Assembly (NCBI GenBank): GCA_963796275.1
Contig: CAWCKY010000002.1
Span: 719,479-783,478, forward strand
Origin: an uncultured Acidobacteriota bacterium
GTDB taxonomy: Bacteria; Acidobacteriota; Blastocatellia; RBC074
DNA: 64,000 bases
Direction of reading: 5' to 3'
Within the stretch, counting starts at the first letter, position 1; the number at the start of each line of letters is the position of its first letter. Under the pieces are notes generated by a model. It saw nothing but the letters and a program-made list of their open reading frames with translations, had not been told where the DNA came from and did no database searches. Positions 19,971 to 29,623 of the stretch are shown here, piece by piece. Made by a program: the position numbers and the translations under genes.

Positions 19971-20007
19971 GGCAGCGCCCGCGATTGAGGAGATCGCGAG
20001 CGCTGTT
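19971..20007 (-). terminator. Stem-loop after the TonB receptor gene
   Basis: CAGCGCUCGCGAU / AUCGCGGGCGCUG stem on the minus strand; weak U tract. Confidence 0.5.
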
Positions 20008-20040
20008 GAGTGAATGCCTCAGACCCCAGGAAATCTCTTC

Positions 20041-23000
20041 CTAGAATTTAAGCTTGAGACCAAATTGCATCACGCGCGGCCCACCGATCGTGTTAAGGAT
20101 CGTACCGAGTTCGGTTGGATCCAACAGGTCGTTACCGGGATTGGCGAAGTTGACAGTGTTGAAGATATTGAAAATATCCCAACGGAACTCAAGACCTAGC
20201 CTTTCTTTAAGTTGCGTGTCCTTCGCAACTCCGAAATCGAAGCGCTTCTGCGAAGGCCCGCGCAAGATATTGCGTCCCAGGCTGCCGAAGCCAAGATTGC
20301 CCGGATAACCGCCAGCCAATGAAGTTGCTGAGCAGAGCACGGAAGGATTGAAGTAACCCTCGGTGATGTCATCACTCTGTTGCCGTAACTGGTCCATCGT
20401 GCCGCAGAGGCTTGGCCGGCCAAATCCCAGGCGATACAACCCACCTGAACCACGGAACGGATCATTGTATTGCGATGCGTTCCCGATCTCAGGCTCTGAC
20501 GCAAAGATGCTGAATGGCGAGCCTGACTGGATTTGTGCAAATCCGGAGACCTGCCACCCCTTCACCAAACGCGATCTGGAGAATGGCAATTCGTACACGA
20601 AGCTGGCGCTGAAGCGATGCGTGCGGTCAAAGTCCGAAACTCCCCGGTTGCTCCTCAGGTCGCGTTGATTGCCTTGAACCACGAAACCTGTGTTCGGAAC
20701 GTCGGGTTTACCAGCGCCCGCCGTGCTCCCAGGATCTGACGAGAGGTAATCCATCGACTTCGACCAGGTGTAGAAGCCGTTGAATTGCAATCCCCTCGAG
20801 AAACGCTGGGTGACACCGAACTGCAATCCGTGATAGATCGAATTGCCAGATGACTGCAGCAAGAGCGCCTCGGGAATGTTGAACCCGAGGATGGGTCCGC
20901 GAGCCTCAAACCCGATCAACGCGCCAGCAGCATTGCTCAGATTGTAGTCAAGCAGCCCTGTCGTGGTGTTGGTGAATCCGAATGCTCTGCCAAGCCCTCG
21001 CGCGCGAGCTGTCGCTCCGGGGTTGAGCGCCCCGTTCGGGCTGCCCGCCGCGACATATGCCTGGTTGAAACGTTCGAGAATGAAATCCGGCGTGTTCGGA
21101 TCGTTCAGATCGTAGCCTTGGTTGAAGGCGATAGACTGAAGAAGCTTGGTGCCCTTCGTGCCGACATATCGCCCTTCAAGCATCATATTTTTGGTCAATT
21201 CGTACTGGAACCCAAAGTTCCACTGTTGAACATAAGGTGTTCGCAGATTGCGATCGACCGAGCGGAACTCAAACGTCTCGGCGACGTTACCGCGTGCAGG
21301 CAGCCCGGTCGCCAGGTCTATAGGGTTGTTAGTTCCATTGGACTGTCTCGTCACATTCGTACCATCGCGGATCACGTATGTACCGCCAGTCTGGTAGACG
21401 ATTCGGTTGGGAAGATAATTATTGAATCCAAGCGTCGGATCCTGCTGTGAGAAGGCCTGGTCAAACGGTACAGCTCGTGTCGGCGCCGTCACCTCGACTT
21501 CACGCAGGAACGGATAGTTGGAGAAGACAGTGTTCATGAAGGCCGCCGACGGACGGTCGAAGAAGAAGCCGTAACCACCGCGGACCACCAGGCGGTTGCT
21601 GTTCAACGGCGTGAAAGCAAAACCGAAGCGAGGGGCAAAATTGTTCAAGTCCTGCCCCTTGAGCGTGTGCTTGTTATCGGCCCTGATCGAAGTAGCAATC
21701 GCATCGTTGATTGCCGAGAACTGCGTTGTCTGTACGTTGCTCGGTACAATGAAACCATTGACGGGGTTGTTGACGTTGGTCAAACTCTCGAAGTCGAAGT
21801 TCCCGATCCGCCCGTTCTTCTCCGTCGGCCAACCGAACCAATCCCAGCGGAGCCCGAGATTTAAGGTTAATTTCTGGCTCGCCTTCCAGTCGGTTGCGAT
21901 GTACGCGCTGACGTCGTTCATCCGGAAGCTCTTATCGGTGATGCCGAACTGTGTGTCTCCTTCGGTCGCCAGTCCAGTCAGGAACTGGGTGAAGTTCTCA
22001 AACTTCTCGAATTCCGTCGCCTGCTCCTCAGGCAGATTGGTGTCGTAGAGGTGACGTTTGAACTCTCCGCCGAATCTGAACGTATTGGCGCCGCGTGTCC
22101 ATGTCACATTATCCCCAAAGCTGAAAGTTTGTTGCTTGCGTTTGTTGAAGACATCGTTTGGACCGCCGAACGATAGTCTCGAAGTGTTATTTCTGAAGAT
22201 GTAGTGCCCGAGACGTTGCGTGCCAGGACTGTTATCGAAGAATGTCGCCGGATTGGGGATGCCAAATTGAGCATTGGTGATCCCCAGAAACTCGTCAGTC
22301 AAACTACGGGTGTTGTCCAGATTAAAATACCCGAAGCGAGCTTCATTGATCAGCGTCGGGCTGATCGTGTGAATATCGGAAAGCGCGAGCGTGCGGTTGC
22401 GGTCATTGCGATCCAATGTGAATGGCGAGGCCAGGGTCGACGGGTCCGGAAATGGATCATTGGCCGGGAAGTTGGCGAAGAAGAACGTTCCGCTCAACCG
22501 GTTCGACTCTCTTATTTGATAATCGAGCTTGGTGGTGAACTGATTTTGTTCGAACTGCGCGGGGACGACATTACGCTGGAGAATGAGCGGGTTAAGACCG
22601 CGGAAATCGCCGAGCAAATCGTTATTGCGGACTGTATTGCCAATGGGGGTGTCAAAGGTGCGCCTTCCTCCTGGACGTGGCGCAGGTATGATGAAGTCTC
22701 CGGTTACTGGGTTTCTCTGGTTGAGTAGCGCAACTGCAAGTGGCGATATCTGGCCCGCAGTCAGACCGAGTCCCGGATTGGCCGCGTTAAAGGCGGCGGC
22801 GAGATTTGCTGCAGTGCGATCTCCGCTGATCAACCCTAACGCTTCCGGCAGGACCGTCAGGCTGCTGGCCGTCGGCACAAACGCGGTATCTGCATTCGTG
22901 TATTGATAACCGCCGAAGAAGAACAGCTTATCCTTCTTGATCGGGCCGCCGACCGTGAACCCGCCTTCGTTGCGACGCGCTTTCGGGCGGTCGATCCCAT

Positions 23001-23859
23001 CGCGGTTGAAGAAGTAGTCGTTGGCATTGAGCGCTTCATTCTGCAGGTAGTAGTACCCTGACCCGTGGAAGGCGTTGCCGCCGCTCTTGGTAACGATCTG
23101 GAAATTGCCCCCGCCGGAGCGTCCGGTCGACGCGTCGTAGAGGCTGGTTTGCAACTTCACTTCTTGCAGCGTTTCAGGCGCGGGCGAGATGTTATCGTTG
23201 AATGAGCCCTCGTTGGTCGTGAAGTTGGTCGCATCGACACCGTTGAATGTAAGGCTGGTCGATGTCGTGCGCGTTCCATTGACTGACGGCGAAATGTTAC
23301 CGGTGCCGTTGGTCAATACCGGCGGCAGATCCGCGCTGACGCCAGCCTCGGCTGAAAGCAATGTCGTAAAGCTTCGCGTCGCCGTCGGCACCTGAACCAG
23401 CTCATCACCGCTCAACTGGCGGAAGGTGGTTGCCGTGGTAGGCGTAGCAAGCGGGGCCGTGTCTGTGATGTTTACCTCAACGCTCACCTCGCCGATCTCG
23501 AGTTTCGTGTCGAGGACACGTGGTACAGCCGCTTCGACGGGCACACTCTCCCAGTTCGCTTTCTTGAAACTCTGGGCTTCGATTGTGATTTTGTATGAGC
23601 CGACCGGCAGCACATTAATCGTCCAGCGGCCCTGAGCATCAGTTATCGCGGTGCGATTCAATCCGGTTTCAGTGTTTGTCGCGGTGACCTTAGCGCCTAA
23701 AACGGCGGCGCCACCCTGGTCTACAACCGTGCCCGATAAACTTCCAGTCGGGCCCGATTGCCCCAGGGCAGATAGGGGGATCATAAAAACGATGCCGAGA
23801 AACAGGGCTGAGAGGGCAGTGACCGTAGCTCCTGTCGCTCGGACCTTGATAGGTTGCAT
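20041..23859 (-). CDS. TonB-dependent receptor, Oar-like, with carboxypeptidase-regulatory N-domain
   Basis: Signal peptide, GSLSGTVVDQGGA, TKSGGNAFHGS, NNFAPRFGFA, C-terminal RVMQFGLKLKF; AAGGAG RBS. Confidence 0.93.
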   Translation of the reverse strand: MQPIKVRATGATVTALSALFLGIVFMIPLSALGQSGPTGSLSGTVVDQGGAAVLGAKVTATNTETGLNRTAITDAQGRWTINVLPVGSYKITIEAQSFKKANWESVPVEAAVPRVLDTKLEIGEVSVEVNITDTAPLATPTTATTFRQLSGDELVQVPTATRSFTTLLSAEAGVSADLPPVLTNGTGNISPSVNGTRTTSTSLTFNGVDATNFTTNEGSFNDNISPAPETLQEVKLQTSLYDASTGRSGGGNFQIVTKSGGNAFHGSGYYYLQNEALNANDYFFNRDGIDRPKARRNEGGFTVGGPIKKDKLFFFGGYQYTNADTAFVPTASSLTVLPEALGLISGDRTAANLAAAFNAANPGLGLTAGQISPLAVALLNQRNPVTGDFIIPAPRPGGRRTFDTPIGNTVRNNDLLGDFRGLNPLILQRNVVPAQFEQNQFTTKLDYQIRESNRLSGTFFFANFPANDPFPDPSTLASPFTLDRNDRNRTLALSDIHTISPTLINEARFGYFNLDNTRSLTDEFLGITNAQFGIPNPATFFDNSPGTQRLGHYIFRNNTSRLSFGGPNDVFNKRKQQTFSFGDNVTWTRGANTFRFGGEFKRHLYDTNLPEEQATEFEKFENFTQFLTGLATEGDTQFGITDKSFRMNDVSAYIATDWKASQKLTLNLGLRWDWFGWPTEKNGRIGNFDFESLTNVNNPVNGFIVPSNVQTTQFSAINDAIATSIRADNKHTLKGQDLNNFAPRFGFAFTPLNSNRLVVRGGYGFFFDRPSAAFMNTVFSNYPFLREVEVTAPTRAVPFDQAFSQQDPTLGFNNYLPNRIVYQTGGTYVIRDGTNVTRQSNGTNNPIDLATGLPARGNVAETFEFRSVDRNLRTPYVQQWNFGFQYELTKNMMLEGRYVGTKGTKLLQSIAFNQGYDLNDPNTPDFILERFNQAYVAAGSPNGALNPGATARARGLGRAFGFTNTTTGLLDYNLSNAAGALIGFEARGPILGFNIPEALLLQSSGNSIYHGLQFGVTQRFSRGLQFNGFYTWSKSMDYLSSDPGSTAGAGKPDVPNTGFVVQGNQRDLRSNRGVSDFDRTHRFSASFVYELPFSRSRLVKGWQVSGFAQIQSGSPFSIFASEPEIGNASQYNDPFRGSGGLYRLGFGRPSLCGTMDQLRQQSDDITEGYFNPSVLCSATSLAGGYPGNLGFGSLGRNILRGPSQKRFDFGVAKDTQLKERLGLEFRWDIFNIFNTVNFANPGNDLLDPTELGTILNTIGGPRVMQFGLKLKF

Positions 23860-24005
23860 AACTATCTCCTTAATTCTTCGTTGCGAGCTCAACGGTGGCG
23901 TAGTCCTACCCACTAGTCGCAACGTTGTTGTGACTACTTCGTGAAAAAAAACAGCTTGTGACCGAAGACATACGGGCAGATCTGCCGGCTAACGAGCCCT
24001 ACCTT

Positions 24006-24110
24006 ATATTCCTCTATATGAATATGAAATTTCAGTCTATTCCCCGGAGTTTAAAAAAAGATAAAGACAAAGTTAATTCCATGTTAATTCATATATGCTT
24101 TAGCGTATTT
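24006..24110. promoter_or_regulatory. Two putative ArsR operators plus an 11-bp-period direct repeat upstream of the TonB receptor
   Basis: ATATTCC-N6-TGAATAT (24006-25), ATATATG-N6-CGTATTT (24091-110); GTTAAT at 24072 and 24083. Confidence 0.55.
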
Positions 24111-24223
24111 GAAATGGGGTAAGCTGAAAGAGTGAAACCCTGGTTGAGCTAGTGGCCCCTTTCGGGATCGGCATAGGATCAAGGGCTAACTCCTTCCTTT
24201 TCAATCCGGGTTAATACGAGGAT

Positions 24224-24255
24224 TTAACATCGCTTTAACCTGGCATTGTTAAAAT
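24224..24255 (+). promoter_or_regulatory. Pho-box-like promoter of arsR copy 2
   Basis: TTAACA-N5-TTAACC, then 9 bp, then TAAAAT (-10), then ATG 8 nt later. Confidence 0.55.
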
Positions 24256-24263
24256 CGCTACCC

Positions 24264-24770
24264 ATGAAGAGGGCTGACAGAGATTTCGACACCGAAAAAT
24301 TCTTTACCGCATTGTCGGATAATACACGGCTGCGATTGCTCAATTTGATGGGCGAAGATGAGGTTTGCGTCTGCTTTTTCGTCGAAATCCTTGAAGCGAA
24401 TCAGCCGAAAATCTCCCGCCATCTCGCTTACCTGCGTAAGGCTGGATTAGTGGCCTCACGTAGGGAAGGCAAATGGATGCACTATCGGATTACCACTCCG
24501 GCGGAACCTCACGCCGCCCGGATCTTACGCAACGTGAGGAACTGGCTTGAGGAGAATCCGGAGATGCGTCTTGAGCGAGAGCGTCTCGCCACTCTTTGCT
24601 GCTCACCGGAACTCTCCGATGGCTTACAGGATGCGCCGCGCCCGGCCAGGCTCGGCCCAATCCGGTCTCCCTCTGGGGTAAATGGAAATGGCCACTATCG
24701 TGGGCGTTCCTGGATAGGCAACCACAATGATCGAAGCACGGAAGAGAGGCATTGCGGCGCGCATTTGTAA
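24264..24770 (+). CDS. arsR: ArsR/SmtB regulator (copy 2)
   Basis: EKFFTALSDNTRLRL, EVCVC, SRHLAYLR, REGKWMHY, C-terminal CC. Confidence 0.92.
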   Translation: MKRADRDFDTEKFFTALSDNTRLRLLNLMGEDEVCVCFFVEILEANQPKISRHLAYLRKAGLVASRREGKWMHYRITTPAEPHAARILRNVRNWLEENPEMRLERERLATLCCSPELSDGLQDAPRPARLGPIRSPSGVNGNGHYRGRSWIGNHNDRSTEERHCGAHL

Positions 24771-24792
24771 GGTAGCGCGCAGGTAAACAGGA

Positions 24793-25680
24793 TCAGAAAT
24801 CGTAAGGCGTAGACGCTATCTTATTCAGTAGCTCTTTGGCCTGTTTTTCCAACAGTGGCCTGCTCCCATTGCTTGATTTCAGAAAGTGGTTAAGGTCTTG
24901 CGCCGCTCTGGATGGATCATTTTTGAGCTGCAGGATCTGCCCGCGACAGGAATATGCCTCGGCCATATTCGCGTTTAGCTCTATTGCCCGGTTGCAATCC
25001 GCAAACGCTTCATCCAGGCTCCCTCGTAATTTATGGGCGAGTCCGCGATTAAAATAGGCGGTGGCATAGTTCGGATCGAACCGGACGGCGGATGAGTAAT
25101 CGGCTATGGCTCCATTCAAATCGCCTTTGACCTTCTTCGCATTGCCCCGGTTGTTATATGCCGCGGTGAAATGCGAGTCGAGTTCGATGGCTCTGTCGTA
25201 GTCGTCGATGGCTCCGTTCAGATCGCCCAAGACTTTCTTTATATTCCCACGATTATTCCAAACCTCTTTCAGACGTGAGTCGAGCGAAATCGCGCGATCG
25301 TAGTCTGAGAGCGCTCCTCCAGGATCATTATTCCTCTGCCGGATCAGACCTCGGTTGTAAAAAGCCTCGGGGAACCTGGGGGTCAGCTCGATAGCTCTGT
25401 CGATGTCCGCCGCCGCTTTATCAAGGTCTCCCTTATCAAACAGGACCACGCCACGGCAGTAGAAATTCATCGCTGACGTCGGGTCGAAAGTAATTGCAAT
25501 TTCGAAGTCTTTCAGCGCCAGATCGAGCCGATCCTTCGACAACCAGTCGAGTCCGCGCGCCCGATAAGAGGACGCAGAGTCTGAACGCGATGTCTGTGCC
25601 CTGGCGACGAGCGACACCATCAGAAGGGACACTCCAAAAGCCAATCCGGCAAACCTCGTCAGATTTCCGATTCGGTTCAT
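24793..25680 (-). CDS. Secreted tetratricopeptide-repeat protein
   Basis: Signal peptide; about 7 TPRs (AYNNRGNAK..GDLNGAIADY..A). Confidence 0.9.
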   Translation of the reverse strand: MNRIGNLTRFAGLAFGVSLLMVSLVARAQTSRSDSASSYRARGLDWLSKDRLDLALKDFEIAITFDPTSAMNFYCRGVVLFDKGDLDKAAADIDRAIELTPRFPEAFYNRGLIRQRNNDPGGALSDYDRAISLDSRLKEVWNNRGNIKKVLGDLNGAIDDYDRAIELDSHFTAAYNNRGNAKKVKGDLNGAIADYSSAVRFDPNYATAYFNRGLAHKLRGSLDEAFADCNRAIELNANMAEAYSCRGQILQLKNDPSRAAQDLNHFLKSSNGSRPLLEKQAKELLNKIASTPYDF

Positions 25681-25737
25681 AGCGGGCCTCCTTTTACAGA
25701 TCGCCGGAGATGGTTGACTTCCGATCAACCAAAATAC

Positions 25738-25800
25738 ATATTCCTATGAGCGTATGTGTCGCAAGGTAGCGCCAATGATCAAATATGTCAAGGCGAATAT
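25738..25800. promoter_or_regulatory. Two putative ArsR operators upstream of the TPR gene
   Basis: ATATTCC-TATGAG-CGTATGT (25738-57) and AAATATG-TCAAGG-CGAATAT (25781-800). Confidence 0.6.
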
Positions 25801-25953
25801 ATCTGGCCGGATTTTCGTATGGAGTACGGTTGAGAAGTTTCACTCAGAGCCGAACTCTCAAGATCAGCAGGGCGCGTCGGATGGGGCTTGGTGAAAAAGG
25901 TATAAGGTCAATACAAAAATAGACACGGCGAATTCGTGCTGTATCCTGGAATG

Positions 25954-26706
25954 TCAAGAGCGAGTTCTCGCATCGCCACCTTCGGGTCTAATGCTGAATA
26001 CCTCGTGTCCTTCCGGATGCGGGACCAAAACGGATGGAGCGTCTTTGGGAAGTGATGGGACGAGCCAGCGAAATAGCGCTGTCGCGGCCGCCGCGCCCAG
26101 AAGCTGGGCGAGTATAAATCCGGGGACGTTTGCCGGCCGAATGCCTGCGAACGTATTGCTGGCGGCCCGCGCGAGCGTTACCGCGGGGTTGGCGAACGAC
26201 GTGGATGAAGTGAACCAATAGGCGGCAGTGATGTAGGCGCCAACCGCAATGGGCACGGAATCCGGGCGTCGTCGCACACAGCCCCAGATGACGGACAATA
26301 GCCCGAATGTAGCTACGAACTCGCTGAAGAGTTGTGCTGCGCCCGACCTGTCGTGATGTGACGCAGAGAACACAGGCTCGCCGAACATCAGGTGCGCGAC
26401 GGCTACTCCGAAGAAGGCGCCGATCACCTGAGCGGTGACGTAGACCGGAACTTCTCGCCACGGAATCCCGCCCTGTGAGGCGTCAGCGATTGTGACGGCG
26501 GGGTTGAAATGCGCTCCTGAAATTGGACCGAATGTCAGGATGAGTGTGACCAGTACGGCTCCGGTTGCCAGAGTGTTAGCAAGCAGTGCGATGGCGACGT
26601 TGCCGCCCGAGAGTCGGTCCCCCATAATCCCCGAGCCGATTACCGTTGCCAGTAACAGCGCCGTTCCCACCGCTTCGCCGACGCCGCGTCGAACTATATT
26701 CATCAT
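25954..26706 (-). CDS. MIP/aquaglyceroporin, arsenic-operon type
   Basis: ISGAHFNPAVT and TSSTSFANPAVT motifs; divergent from arsR. Confidence 0.92.
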   Translation of the reverse strand: MMNIVRRGVGEAVGTALLLATVIGSGIMGDRLSGGNVAIALLANTLATGAVLVTLILTFGPISGAHFNPAVTIADASQGGIPWREVPVYVTAQVIGAFFGVAVAHLMFGEPVFSASHHDRSGAAQLFSEFVATFGLLSVIWGCVRRRPDSVPIAVGAYITAAYWFTSSTSFANPAVTLARAASNTFAGIRPANVPGFILAQLLGAAAATALFRWLVPSLPKDAPSVLVPHPEGHEVFSIRPEGGDARTRS

Positions 26707-26787
26707 TCGGTTCTTTTTACCTCTTCTTTTTTACTTCTCCTTTACGCCTTCACGGGTAAGCCTGAGATCAATGTAGCGGTGAAATAT

Positions 26788-26807
26788 ATATTCGTCAAGA
26801 CGAATGT
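26788..26807. promoter_or_regulatory. Putative ArsR operator
   Basis: ATATTCG-TCAAGA-CGAATGT between the aquaporin gene and arsR copy 3. Confidence 0.72.
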
Positions 26808-26831
26808 GACTTATGGTATGATATCTGTGTT

Positions 26832-27117
26832 ATGAGCAGGGCTAATAGAAAATTCGGCCTTGAAAAACTCCTCGTTGCACTTTCCGATCGTAACCGCCTC
26901 CGTCTGATCAATCTGATGGGGGAGGATGAGGTCTGCGTGTGCTTCTTCGTAGAGATACTGAAGATGCCGCAGTCGAGGGTTTCCCGGCATCTCGCTTTTT
27001 TGCGCCGGGCGGGCATCGTGTCGGCCCGGCGAGAAGGCAAGTGGTTCCGCTACCGGATCGTCCCTCCTTCCGACGCACGCGCTGCTCGTATCTTTCATGA
27101 TGTGCGTGAATATCTTG
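26832..27117 (+). pseudogene. arsR: ArsR copy 3, 3'-truncated
   Basis: Close paralog of copy 1 up to VREYL; then sequence switches to cox subunit III; the C-terminal CC is lost. Confidence 0.85.
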
Positions 27118-27336
27118 TTCGGCACCACTTTCTACTCGCTGGTTGGACTGCACGCGACCCACGTGGTGATTGGATTGGTTCTCTTAACGCTGGTCCTGAT
27201 CTTGAGCCTTCGAGGTCGGGTGAAGAGGGAGCATCACGAACACGTCGAGATGATCTCCTGGTACTGGCATTTTGTGGATGCGGTCTGGGTCGTCGTCTTC
27301 ACTGTGGTTTATGTCATCAGCCGCCAAGCGGCATAA
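27113..27336 (+). pseudogene. ctaE: 3' fragment of cytochrome c oxidase subunit III
   Basis: LFGTTFYSLVGLHATHV...WYWHFVDAVWVVVFTVVY. Confidence 0.9.
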
Positions 27337-27363
27337 GTAAGAATGGCACGCGAGAGGAATCGG

Positions 27364-27936
27364 ATGAGTGCTCTTGATAAGATGCAAATCATCGCTCAGA
27401 TATTAGGTTCTATGGCGTTATTCATCACACTGGTCATCAACTATCGGCAGATGCGAACGATGGCCGAGCAAGTTATGGAGGTGCGGCGGAGCACAAATGC
27501 GCAACAAATCCTCTCCCTGCTGAGCTTCATCGAGTCGGACGAGATGCGTGCGGCTTTGGTGGTCGTCTACACGACATTACATCGGAAGCATTTCAGTGAA
27601 TGGACCGAAAGCGAGTTACAGGCCGCTTCCAGAATATGCGCCGGCTTCGCGACCGTTGGGGAGATTGTTAGATCGGGCCTGGTTCCAGTCGAGCCGCTGC
27701 TCCAAGGTTGGGAGCCGAGTCTCCGGCGGTGCTATCAGATATTGGAACCGTTCCTGCGGGAGATGCAGAAGCCGGAGAACGGTGGAGCGCAATATTGGAT
27801 CGGGTTTGACTGGCTTCACGGTCAGCTCGATAGAGAAATGGCTATGGGGCGAAAGAAATTACGCCGCGACAGTCGCGGCTCTGATAATCAAGCAAAGCCC
27901 AAACATCGGACGGCGGAGGGGAACAATGTCGGATGA
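27364..27936 (+). CDS. Hypothetical protein with N-terminal TM helix (DUF4760-like)
   Basis: TM helix followed by RICAGFATVGEIVRSGLV...W...EPFL...YWIGFDWL. Confidence 0.6.
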   Translation: MSALDKMQIIAQILGSMALFITLVINYRQMRTMAEQVMEVRRSTNAQQILSLLSFIESDEMRAALVVVYTTLHRKHFSEWTESELQAASRICAGFATVGEIVRSGLVPVEPLLQGWEPSLRRCYQILEPFLREMQKPENGGAQYWIGFDWLHGQLDREMAMGRKKLRRDSRGSDNQAKPKHRTAEGNNVG

Positions 27937-28798
27937 AGAGAAGAGAGAACAATACCAGGGAATGATCATGCTGCCGGCGCCGACCGCCTGGCCGATGATC
28001 ACCGCGTTAGGCATCACGATGCTCTGTGCGGGGTTGGTCACACACGTGGCGGTCAGTCTGGTCGGCCTGGTTCTGGCCCTGCGCGGCGCGGTGGGCTGGT
28101 TTCGGGAAGTCCTACCGGTGGAGAGGCATGAACTGGTACGCGTGCGCCCACAGACCGAACGAGCCCAGGCCGTCAAGGTCTCTCCGCGCACGACGACCCA
28201 TCTCAGGGCCGGCGTAGCAGGACACCGCGTACGGATCCCGGCGGAGATCCATCCGTATTCGTCCGGCATCAAGGGAGGCCTCCTCGGCGGAGCCGTGATG
28301 GCAATCGTGGCCTGCGCTTATGGCCTCATCGCTTACCACAGCGTGTGGTACCCGATCAACCTGCTGGCTGCGGCGGCGCTGCCTTCGATGACGTATGCCG
28401 ATCTGGCGCAGTTGAAGGCCTTCAACGGTATGGCTTTCCTCGTAGCTTTGATCAGCCACGGGGTGATCTCGATTCTCGTCGGCCTGCTCTTTGCGGTGTT
28501 GCTACCGATGCTCCCATCACGCCGCGCGGCCTTCTGGGGCAGTTTTGCGGCCCCGCTCATTTGGTCGGCGCTGCTGTGGTCGACACTGAGGCTCGTCAAC
28601 CCGGCGCTCGACGCTCGGATCGACTGGGGTTGGTTCATTGCCTCACAGGTTGTCTTCGGTCTCGTGGCTGGTTATGTGGTCCATCACACGAAGACAGTGG
28701 AGACAATGCAGACCTGGCCGTTGGCGGCGAGGGCGGGGATAGAAGCCCCTGGCCTGTTGCAGGACAAGACGCAACCAGAGAAAGGAGAGGGGCAATGA
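27926..28798 (+). CDS. Membrane protein with oxidase subunit IV-like N-terminus
   Basis: LPAPTAWPMITALG, about 7 hydrophobic segments; located in the oxidase/bc cluster. Confidence 0.65.
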   Translation: MSDEEKREQYQGMIMLPAPTAWPMITALGITMLCAGLVTHVAVSLVGLVLALRGAVGWFREVLPVERHELVRVRPQTERAQAVKVSPRTTTHLRAGVAGHRVRIPAEIHPYSSGIKGGLLGGAVMAIVACAYGLIAYHSVWYPINLLAAAALPSMTYADLAQLKAFNGMAFLVALISHGVISILVGLLFAVLLPMLPSRRAAFWGSFAAPLIWSALLWSTLRLVNPALDARIDWGWFIASQVVFGLVAGYVVHHTKTVETMQTWPLAARAGIEAPGLLQDKTQPEKGEGQ

Positions 28799-29595
28799 AT
28801 ACGAAGCGTTGCGCCGTTGCCGCGCTGGTGACACTGACCACCTTTGGCCTGGCCGCCATGGCTGGCCCTCTCTGTAGGATGCAGCCGGCTGCCCGGCAAG
28901 CCTAAAGAAGAGGAGCGATGGGTGGCGCCAGCCCAGGTCACGGATTTCAATCAGCTCTATGCGCAGAACTGCGCCGGTTGTCACGGCAGCGAAGGACGCT
29001 TTGGATCCGCGCGGCCGTTGAACGATCCGCTCTACCTGGCTGTGGCCAACGCGGATGTGTTGCGCCAGGTCACCGCGAAAGGCGTGCCCGGCACCGCCAT
29101 GCCGGCCTTTGCCAAACAAGCCGGGGGCAGTCTCACCGACAAGCAGATCGATGCGCTGGTCGAAGGGATGAGATCAAGATGGGGGCGCCCGAAGGATTTA
29201 AAGATGTGGCGCTTCCGCCCTACAGCCTGCAAGATGCCATTACCAGTGGCTCAGGTCCTGGTGACCCACCGCGTGGAGCGGAGGTTTTCAGAGTTAACTG
29301 TGCCCGGTGTCATGGCGCGGATGGCCGCGGCGGCGCGAATGGCGGCTCCGTCGTGGATCCGAACTTCCTGGCGCTCACGAGCAACCAGTCATTGCGCACG
29401 ACGACGATCACCGGCAGACAGGACCTCGGGAAGCCTGACTGGCGGGCTAACGTGCCTAACCAGCCGATGTCGCCGCAAGACATCTCCGATGTGGTGGCCT
29501 GGCTCGTAGCGCAGCGTGGAAACAATCTCGCGTCGAAGCTTTTCCAAGCCAATGGTCGTGTTTCTTCGGTCGTCAAAAGCACTGACGAGCGTTAA
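28795..29595 (+). CDS. Di-heme c-type cytochrome (QcrC-like), two frameshifts (~28860, ~29190)
   Basis: CAGCHG and CARCHG motifs in different frames; lipobox-like LSVGC. Confidence 0.82.
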
Positions 29596-29623
29596 ACGGA
29601 ATAACAAGGAGGCGAAGTACATC

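Noticed and set aside
24950-25480. ~102-bp periodic DNA repeats
   Set aside because: Explained by TPR coding repeats
27118-27377. Novel Cys-rich C-terminal domain on ArsR3
   Set aside because: It is the out-of-frame reading of the cox subunit III fragment
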